This document shows positions 57,060 to 64,000 of a DNA stretch of 64,000 bases, in pieces; positions within the stretch are counted from its first letter, which is position 1, and the number at the start of each line of letters is the position of its first letter. Under the pieces are notes generated by a model. It had not been told where the DNA came from. It was given only the letters and a program-made list of their open reading frames with translations, and ran no database searches. Both the position numbers and the translations under genes were made by a program. The stretch lies in the sequence record OP889247.1. One strand, 5' to 3'.

Positions 57060-57203
57060 ATGACTTCAGGTCAATACTTCGGACTCGCTTTCTTTGCCCC
57101 TATGATGGTAGTTACCTTCTCTATGTTGGGTTTCTATTATTATAACCGGTGGAAAGAAAACAAAGCTAAGAAAGGTCCTATGGCTACCTTTAATAAGCGT
57201 TAA
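57060..57203 (+). CDS. 47-aa single-pass membrane protein, absent from the ORF track
   Basis: AAGGA RBS; MTSGQYFGLAFFAPMMVVTFSMLGFYYYNRWKENKAKKGPMATFNKR; own promoter and terminator. Confidence 0.75.
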   Translation: MTSGQYFGLAFFAPMMVVTFSMLGFYYYNRWKENKAKKGPMATFNKR

Positions 57204-57211
57204 GTTATACG

Positions 57212-57241
57212 TTGCTACTCTCCCAATTGGGAGAGTAGCAA
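57212..57241 (+). terminator. perfect-palindrome terminator-like hairpin
   Basis: 30-bp perfect palindrome. Confidence 0.7.
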
Positions 57242-57285
57242 TATTAAGAATGATAAATTTTTTGTTTAAATTTAAGGAGTAGTGT

Positions 57286-57699
57286 ATGCCAAAAGGTGTA
57301 GTTGCTACCATGGATACTTTAGGATATGTTAAAGAACCTACCGTAAAGATAGATCGACTCATTGCATATTGGTTTGCAAACCGTATTGATCAATCTATTA
57401 TCCTCACTGGTATTTATAGTTATCAATATGTTGTTGCAAGACATCAGAACGATTTCCAGATTGATAACTTTATTAAAGATATGGAAGAAAGTTTACGTTC
57501 CTATCTTTTAGAGTGTTTCACAGGTGTCGAAGTGGTGGTTAGATCACCAGATTACGAACCAGTTAAAAAGATGTTTACATTAGCAGTATCTGGACAAGTA
57601 GAAGAAGACGGTAAGCTGTATGATTTAGCAACGTCAGTTTCTGTTAATGGTAAGACATTCGAATTAATTCAAAAAGGAAGGAAAGAATATGCAAGGTAA
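57286..57699 (+). CDS. conserved phiKZ-like hypothetical protein
   Basis: AAGGAG RBS; core-block position. Confidence 0.75.
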   Translation: MPKGVVATMDTLGYVKEPTVKIDRLIAYWFANRIDQSIILTGIYSYQYVVARHQNDFQIDNFIKDMEESLRSYLLECFTGVEVVVRSPDYEPVKKMFTLAVSGQVEEDGKLYDLATSVSVNGKTFELIQKGRKEYAR

Positions 57700-58501
57700 A
57701 GAAGTTGCAGGTTTTGAAGGGGTTGATAAATTCGCTCACGGTGATTTGTTCGAATTCCTAAGTAAGACCTTTGCTTATACAGAAGTGGCTGGACAACGTG
57801 TTATTCAAACACCAGATGGTCTATTTGTAGAACACGTGTTGATGGAAGAAGAGTACTTCGTAGAGAACTGGTTGTCTCAGTTCGCCATTGGTCACGCTGG
57901 CGATAAGAACTACTTCGATATGGAGACTTGGAACCAGCTTACTGATAACTTCACCAAAGGTGTAATTGTTATCAATGAACAACGTCACCCGGTTCTGATT
58001 ATTCGCAAGTTCACCGAGATGGTACTACCCGAAGATCTAATGGAGAAACTCGCCTTTTGCAGTAACTATGCTTCTAAAGCCAAGTTTGTTACTGACGAAG
58101 CTGAAAAGACGGCTTTGATCAAACAGTTTGCTGAACAAGTCAATGCTATCACTAACTACGCTGGGGTAGATGAGGATTCTCTAACTAGTTTGATCCCTCC
58201 TGCATTCTACGATAAACACAATGTACATCCGCTCACAATGAAACAATTGATCTACATTCGTGATACGTATAAAGTAGCTGGTCAATCTATCGATCCTGAT
58301 GGTGATATCTTCAAACGTCTTGAAACCATTATTACTAGATTTAATAAAGGTGAAAAGATCAACGAGTCCGATAAGAAGTTTGTTCTTGATATTACCCAAA
58401 ATGAATTTCTTTTTGACTACGAAGACCATTCGGTAGAAGAATCAATTTCAATCGAAAAAACACCGTCAGAACCTGAAGAATTTGATCCACTTGCGGATTA
58501 A
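57689..58501 (+). CDS. conserved phiKZ-like hypothetical protein
   Basis: Coupled ORF; acidic C-tail. Confidence 0.75.
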   Translation: MQGKEVAGFEGVDKFAHGDLFEFLSKTFAYTEVAGQRVIQTPDGLFVEHVLMEEEYFVENWLSQFAIGHAGDKNYFDMETWNQLTDNFTKGVIVINEQRHPVLIIRKFTEMVLPEDLMEKLAFCSNYASKAKFVTDEAEKTALIKQFAEQVNAITNYAGVDEDSLTSLIPPAFYDKHNVHPLTMKQLIYIRDTYKVAGQSIDPDGDIFKRLETIITRFNKGEKINESDKKFVLDITQNEFLFDYEDHSVEESISIEKTPSEPEEFDPLAD

Positions 58502-58533
58502 ACTAATGAGGGTGTTTACGTTTAGGAACAGAC

Positions 58534-59667
58534 ATGGAAAAAAGATTTAATGCATTATGGTGTTCTGATCAACACACGTTACACCCTCATACCTCCACCC
58601 AACACATTTTGGATAACTTAAGTCGTTTCTATTACAAAGATAACAACTTAAGTGATATAGATCTAAGTGTTTGGGGTGGAGACTTCTTCCATGACTTAGC
58701 GCCAGCTAATGACAGTAATCTGTTGTTAGTACACCGCTGGGTTAAAAAGTACCTACATAGTTGTCATGAACGTAAAGTCCATGTAAGAATATTAGAAGGA
58801 ACATCTTCCCACGATTGGGGTCAGCCAGAGACATTGGAAGTACTAAAGCCAAAAGGTTCACCTTATATCAAATACATTAACACGTTGAGCATTGAGTTTA
58901 TTCCAGAACTAGATATCAATGTAATGTATGTTCCTGATAACTTTGGTAAAACTTCCACTGAAGATATTTATGATCAAGCGGTTGAACTATTGGCTAATCA
59001 TAACTTAACTCAAGTGGATTTTATCTTCTTACATGGCGGGTTTGTATTTCAGCTTCCACCAGTTGCCAATAAACACGGTACATTGTACGATGAATTGAAA
59101 TGGAGTAAGTTAGCTAAACACGCTATCTTCTCAGGTCATATCCATAAACCCGGACAGAAATACAACATCTATTGTTCTGGTTCTTTTGATCGTATAGCTC
59201 ATGGCGAAATGCATCCAAAGGGTGCTTACAAGTTCTCGTTTAACAAAGAACACTTTAGTGCTTCGTTCTATGAGAATACTTACGCACAGATCTACGATAC
59301 GATCCAGATAACTCCAGAAACTAATGTTAAACAACTTACCAAGATCATTGATAACTATTTAAGGAAATCTCCACCACCTAAAACACGTATTAAAGTTAAA
59401 GGTGGTTTATCAGCGGTAACAGTAGCTTTAGTAAATGAGTACAAAGATCAATATCCGATGTACCATTTTGAAACCGATAATGTTAAGGAAGAGAATATTG
59501 ATATAGATGCTACTCTGTATTCTCCAGAAGACTATAAAGCTATTACATTGACCAAAGATAACCTTAAAGCTAACTTGTTTAATTTCATGGAACCAACTAT
59601 CGGTCAGAACGACGACATAGATAAAGCGTACCTTGAACAGTTATTAGACGAGGTAATGAATGGTTAA
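58534..59667 (+). CDS. SbcD/Mre11-like metallophosphoesterase nuclease (phiKZ gp65-like)
   Basis: SDQH, GGDFF, EGT.SHD, FLHG and SGHIH motifs. Confidence 0.88.
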   Translation: MEKRFNALWCSDQHTLHPHTSTQHILDNLSRFYYKDNNLSDIDLSVWGGDFFHDLAPANDSNLLLVHRWVKKYLHSCHERKVHVRILEGTSSHDWGQPETLEVLKPKGSPYIKYINTLSIEFIPELDINVMYVPDNFGKTSTEDIYDQAVELLANHNLTQVDFIFLHGGFVFQLPPVANKHGTLYDELKWSKLAKHAIFSGHIHKPGQKYNIYCSGSFDRIAHGEMHPKGAYKFSFNKEHFSASFYENTYAQIYDTIQITPETNVKQLTKIIDNYLRKSPPPKTRIKVKGGLSAVTVALVNEYKDQYPMYHFETDNVKEENIDIDATLYSPEDYKAITLTKDNLKANLFNFMEPTIGQNDDIDKAYLEQLLDEVMNG

Positions 59668-60472
59668 CCGTACACTAGGTACTGTACCGATAAGTGTCGG
59701 TACTGCAATGGCTATAGAAGCTCTCCAGAGCGCTCCTATGCACAGATACCAAACACTCCTCGTCAATCTGCGTACTGTGGTGAGAAACGCAAGAGAAGCG
59801 TTTGAGGAGTCTCCTAGCGAAACTGAACTTTTTAATGCAGCTAAAGATGATGTGGTAGGGATTGCGAATTACATTGCTGAACTTAAGTTAAAAACATTGC
59901 TTGATATTAAGTTCTATTATCCGAGTTATCAAGCTCTACCAAGACTCTTCCCATTAGCTAAATTAAAGGAACAGGATCCTAGTAAACTAGTTAATCCAAA
60001 AGAAGAGAACAGAAAGAAAAAGATCATCCTTGATAATAATGTACTAAAACGTCTTATTAAAGAGTTTGATAAGTTTGTTTCTCAAGTGGATTCAAGTATT
60101 CCACAGTTCTCAGGAGATGGATTAATCATCACTCATCATCCTGTTGATTTAGTAACAACAGAAAGTTACCACAGGTTGCATCTATTAGAATCACACACTG
60201 GATCGATAAAAGGTTACGTTCAGTTTTACACTAAACTAACCGGGGGGAAAGAGCTGACCAATATCCCATTGAACAAACTGACTATTCAGATCTTTGGTGA
60301 TAATGCGGTTAACTTCATGTCCCAGTCAATCTCAGTGAAAAACGAAATCAAAGCGTTGGCTAAATCAGTACCTTGGAGTACTGCATCCACCCCAAGCTTT
60401 ATTGCAAGTACAATTCGACGGATGCCGAGTTCTGCAGCAGAACGTGACATTCTACTCAAAATGATTAAGTAA
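59660..60472 (+). CDS. conserved phiKZ-like protein (gp66-like by synteny)
   Basis: Between the SbcD-like and ChmC-like genes. Confidence 0.65.
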   Translation: MVNRTLGTVPISVGTAMAIEALQSAPMHRYQTLLVNLRTVVRNAREAFEESPSETELFNAAKDDVVGIANYIAELKLKTLLDIKFYYPSYQALPRLFPLAKLKEQDPSKLVNPKEENRKKKIILDNNVLKRLIKEFDKFVSQVDSSIPQFSGDGLIITHHPVDLVTTESYHRLHLLESHTGSIKGYVQFYTKLTGGKELTNIPLNKLTIQIFGDNAVNFMSQSISVKNEIKALAKSVPWSTASTPSFIASTIRRMPSSAAERDILLKMIK

Positions 60473-60485
60473 AAGGAATATTAAC

Positions 60486-61232
60486 ATGTCTCAACAACAA
60501 GCTTTCCAACGTCGCCCTTCCTTGATTTCAAATGACTATCGATACCCCGCACCAATGTCCCGTGAACCTGTAGACGGTGCTAAGTACCCAGCCCGCTGGA
60601 CCTGGGAACAAGGTCTGGATGGTAAAATCTATTTCAAAGTTAACGATGGTGTATTTGGTAAAGATGACCGCAACGCCAAAATGAAAGAAGTAGAAATGTC
60701 TGCCATGGATCGTCTGTCTCTATTCGAACTAATGAAAGATGCTTGCGACAACGCCAACTTTACCAAAACACAATACCACGTTAAGAAGGTTACATTTGGC
60801 GCCGGTGGTCGTTTGAACGAACATCCATCCACCCTTGGTATTTTTACCGTTATGCGTAGCCAAGAAGGTCGCATCTCGGTAGGTTACACCAAAGGTTCTT
60901 ACAAAGTTATGTTTGAATTCAAATCACCATTTGATTCAATGATTATGGTCGCTAAAGACGGTGAACCTTGCGAAGAACCGGGTTTGATGAGCCGTGTATA
61001 TTGTAAAGCATTTATCAATTTCTACGGTCCGTATCTTAACGAGCTAGAGATCGCTGGTTACAAACCTCGCGAAAGCAAGAACGCTGGTGGTAATAACAAC
61101 TCCAGCGGTAACAGCGGTTGGAATAACAACCGTGCTGGGAATGGTGGCAATAACTGGAATGGTAACGGTGGTAACAATAACTCCCAACGTAAACCTGATC
61201 CCACTTCTTTTGATGATGACATTGACTTCTAA
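60486..61232 (+). CDS. chmC: ChmC-like nucleic-acid-binding protein with an Asn/Gly-rich tail (phiKZ gp67-like)
   Basis: Directly upstream of the gp68/PicA-like genes; N/G low-complexity C-terminus; ends FDDDIDF. Confidence 0.65.
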   Translation: MSQQQAFQRRPSLISNDYRYPAPMSREPVDGAKYPARWTWEQGLDGKIYFKVNDGVFGKDDRNAKMKEVEMSAMDRLSLFELMKDACDNANFTKTQYHVKKVTFGAGGRLNEHPSTLGIFTVMRSQEGRISVGYTKGSYKVMFEFKSPFDSMIMVAKDGEPCEEPGLMSRVYCKAFINFYGPYLNELEIAGYKPRESKNAGGNNNSSGNSGWNNNRAGNGGNNWNGNGGNNNSQRKPDPTSFDDDIDF

Positions 61233-61254
61233 GAAAAACTTTTAACACATTTAA

Positions 61255-61281
61255 AGAGAGAAGGCTTAAAGCCTTCTCTCT
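61255..61281 (+). terminator. terminator-like hairpin
   Basis: 12-bp stem AGAGAGAAGGCT/AGCCTTCTCTCT. Confidence 0.7.
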
Positions 61282-61299
61282 ATTATATCTATTTTTACT

Positions 61300-61335
61300 G
61301 TTCTATATTTTTTCAGATAGATATTATTTAAGTGT
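61300..61335 (+). promoter_or_regulatory. early-type promoter variant
   Basis: GTTCTATATTTTTTCAGATA-GATATTAT. Confidence 0.6.
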
Positions 61336-61347
61336 TATTCTAGGGGA

Positions 61348-62958
61348 GTGTTTAAAATGCGCTATAGCACTGTACTTTCTGGGAAACGACGGATTGATTC
61401 TGTTGTCGTTTCTCACAATAATGAACAGATTGAATTTAAGGGAACACAAACAGTTTGCGGTGGTGATGCCGACCAAGAGTTGTTTGAATTCATGAACATC
61501 TTCTTTGAAGGTTGTCGTGATAGTACAATGGATCAATTGTGGAATTTGTTTAAGGAAGGTAAACGAATTCTTCAGCCTGGTTATTTCGAGGAAGCAGAAA
61601 CTGCCGAATTATCAGAACTTCGCGAACGTAGTTTGGATTATCAGTTCCTAATCGAGAAGCTGAGTCCTATTATCAAACGTATGTATGAGCTGGTCACACC
61701 CAATGAGATTGCTTACGCAGCGCAAGTAACAGGTCGTACTGTGGCACCTAAAGACTTGATGCGTATGGCGGCAATGGGGGACTATCCAGAAGAGACCACT
61801 ATTGATAATGACAAGTATGCTGAGTTGGTTAAACTAGCTTTCACAGCTCAACTTTGTTTCCCTCTTATTAACCAGTTGTTAGATCAGATCAACGAGGTAA
61901 CTGGTAAAGAGTATCAGTACGCAGTAGTAGGTAGTATGATTTCTCAAATCCCTAGTATCGTAGAGATACCTGGTTGGAAAATCATGGATACATATATCCG
62001 CGCTAGCTGTGCTCGCAAAGATAGTAAACGGGAAAATACCGACGTAGTATCTGAGGAACGATATGTAGATTATATCGTATTCGAGGGACTGTTTAGTAAA
62101 CTCTCTTTGTCATTTATACCAAGTCAGCTCAAAGACAAGAACTTGTCCAAAGAGTTAAACTCGTTAGTAGAAGGAAAGATCCGTAAAGAACAATCTACTA
62201 AGTTTACACGGTTCTCTGAAAGTAAACCAGGTAGTGACGATCAATCAATTCCTGAAAGTTATCGTATTGCCCAAACAGTAAACGGTTCTGACGAAGAAGC
62301 GATGGCGGAGTTCTTCTCATTTGGGATGTTTGATGAAGAAGATAAACCCCGTTATAAAGACATCTTTAAACACCAAGCAAAAGCCCTTGGAATTAAAGCT
62401 GAGAAAACTGTGGAGAAGTTGTTCCATAATCTTCCAACTGTTTGGGATTTTCGTTTCACTAACATTCAGAATCAATTACTCCAGTTAGCATTTATTGATG
62501 ATATTAACTATTATCTTTATCCTGCTATGGATTATCGACAGCTAACTGCCGCAATGTGTTTAGCACAAGTTAAACTATTTGAACAAGGTTATGAGCATCT
62601 TGCTCAATTAGTCTGTGCTATGCGTTCTAACGCTGTTCCAATTACTTACATGGGGGATGAATTCAAACTCTCTACCAAAGAGCGAGAAGATCTAATTGAT
62701 CTGTGTTATATCTATGTGGGGCAATCCACTGCTAGTACAGATAACATGTTAGTGATGTCGGTACAATCCTTCCTAGATGAATTAGCGGCTTCTGGGTGGG
62801 AATCTAATATTGAACCAGGATTATTGGGAAATCAGAAGTTTCTTGATGCAATGTCACCTGGTGACATGTATCCCATTGATCTAGTACCAGAGATTAAACG
62901 TGAGTTACTTGCGTTGATTACTCAAACCCATAGTGTAGAAAAAGAAAACGAGGAATAA
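61348..62958 (+). CDS. non-virion RNAP specificity subunit (phiKZ gp68-like)
   Basis: 536 aa; syntenic position; early-type promoter. Confidence 0.7.
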   Translation: MFKMRYSTVLSGKRRIDSVVVSHNNEQIEFKGTQTVCGGDADQELFEFMNIFFEGCRDSTMDQLWNLFKEGKRILQPGYFEEAETAELSELRERSLDYQFLIEKLSPIIKRMYELVTPNEIAYAAQVTGRTVAPKDLMRMAAMGDYPEETTIDNDKYAELVKLAFTAQLCFPLINQLLDQINEVTGKEYQYAVVGSMISQIPSIVEIPGWKIMDTYIRASCARKDSKRENTDVVSEERYVDYIVFEGLFSKLSLSFIPSQLKDKNLSKELNSLVEGKIRKEQSTKFTRFSESKPGSDDQSIPESYRIAQTVNGSDEEAMAEFFSFGMFDEEDKPRYKDIFKHQAKALGIKAEKTVEKLFHNLPTVWDFRFTNIQNQLLQLAFIDDINYYLYPAMDYRQLTAAMCLAQVKLFEQGYEHLAQLVCAMRSNAVPITYMGDEFKLSTKEREDLIDLCYIYVGQSTASTDNMLVMSVQSFLDELAASGWESNIEPGLLGNQKFLDAMSPGDMYPIDLVPEIKRELLALITQTHSVEKENEE

Positions 62959-62963
62959 ATAAA

Positions 62964-64000
62964 ATGCAACTAGTTAACGCTCAAGTCGGCCTGACCAACC
63001 TGTACCCTGATCAAGTAATCCGTAATCCAGCAGTGAACATGGATAACCAGGTAATCGATACCTTGGTTTCTGAGAATCTGCAAGGTGGTGTAAACGAACG
63101 TTCCCTGTTAACAGCTGCTGCTCTTTCAGGTGGGCTTAATGCTCAAGCTACTGGGTTCGCTACTATCCAGAATGGTTGGAATGATAGTAAGGGTCTGATG
63201 AAGCTGGATTTCATTATTCAGGATTCTCCAGTAGCAGTCCAATACATGCACGTGATTGGTTATATCCATAATAACAACTCACAAGGTCTTGACCTGAATG
63301 CTATATTTGTTCCGCAGTTCAGCTGGAAAAGTGAAGACCGGATGGTGGGTTCTGGTTTGCTGGATATGCCAACTACTACCAAGCGTACCATTGGGCAACG
63401 TACCGATTACCTGATGAACGATGGTTCAGCTTCTGATCAAATGGTTACCATGCGTCCCGGTGATGTAGTGGAGTATGCGCTTAACAACGCGACTCAGCAA
63501 TCCATTATCGATCAAATGGAAGCCGAAGGTCTGGAAGGGATGACCCCAGTTGGTACAGTGGCTGGTTCTAATATCTCGCGGGTGGGTGTAATTGCATCCA
63601 AACGGGGTAACCTGAACCCTGCTGGTTATGCTGCTGACATCCTGGGTGCTGGGTTATCTGTTCAACGTGGTCAGAGGGTATACCAGGGCGGAACCGAAAT
63701 GGATGGTGTCATCCAAGGTCACGGGGAAGGTTTGTTCGGAGAACTAGCGAACTCTGCACATCAAGTAAGTGGTACTGAACCTGCTATCATGCGTGACAAC
63801 TTCTTTGCTGAAATGTCATCTATGCTTGGTAATGTTCGTATGGCTGGGTTTACCGGCTATACCATTAATGACCTACTGATGGTATTCGACAACCTGAACG
63901 AAGTACTTGACCTTACTTTGTTTGATGCTGAACAATACCGTGTGGATGATCTTTCTCTGAGTTGTGAAAGTATGGGTACTTCTCAGCTCGCCGAGTTCGT
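62964..64000 (+). CDS. picA: PicA/Imp1-like nuclear import factor (phiKZ gp69-like), 3'-truncated by the window edge
   Basis: Open frame from ATG at 62964 to the window end; follows the gp68-like gene; GW, MRPGDV and SKRGNLNP motifs (recalled). Confidence 0.65.
   Translation, partial: MQLVNAQVGLTNLYPDQVIRNPAVNMDNQVIDTLVSENLQGGVNERSLLTAAALSGGLNAQATGFATIQNGWNDSKGLMKLDFIIQDSPVAVQYMHVIGYIHNNNSQGLDLNAIFVPQFSWKSEDRMVGSGLLDMPTTTKRTIGQRTDYLMNDGSASDQMVTMRPGDVVEYALNNATQQSIIDQMEAEGLEGMTPVGTVAGSNISRVGVIASKRGNLNPAGYAADILGAGLSVQRGQRVYQGGTEMDGVIQGHGEGLFGELANSAHQVSGTEPAIMRDNFFAEMSSMLGNVRMAGFTGYTINDLLMVFDNLNEVLDLTLFDAEQYRVDDLSLSCESMGTSQLAEF

Noticed and set aside
57066-57362. 98-aa minus-strand ORF
   Set aside because: Overlaps a better-supported plus-strand unit (promoter, RBS, 47-aa ORF, terminator) and the start of the next core gene.
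60486-61232. Calling this gene a classical SSB
   Set aside because: Only the tail is SSB-like; synteny points to ChmC/gp67, and no OB-fold signature was recognisable.

Overview
This 64-kb window comes from a nucleus-forming, phiKZ-like jumbo phage (Chimalliviridae). An enterobacterial host is inferred from the tailspike type. Recognisable core modules: tail tube and sheath with three adjacent virion genes; terminase large subunit carrying an Ala1 class-3 LAGLIDADG intein; a tailspike/depolymerase; dTMP kinase; PhuZ tubulin; a family-B DNA polymerase part; chimallin; a non-virion RNAP beta'-like subunit split at its NAD/FDGD catalytic motif by a group I intron encoding an HNH endonuclease; an SbcD-like nuclease; and ChmC-, gp68- and PicA-like genes. 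A long early accessory region (28.8-43 kb) contains paralog arrays, a minimal kinase-like protein and a methyltransferase. A tandem Tad1-like plus Acb1-like anti-signalling cassette sits at 56.1-57.0 kb. The most unusual feature is a ~1.55-kb minus-strand non-coding locus (26.5-28.05 kb). There, three canonical tRNAs alternate with atypical tRNA-like or structured modules, followed by a ~850-nt densely base-paired region that looks like a large ornate ncRNA. All family assignments rest on remembered motifs and synteny; no database searches or folding programs were run.
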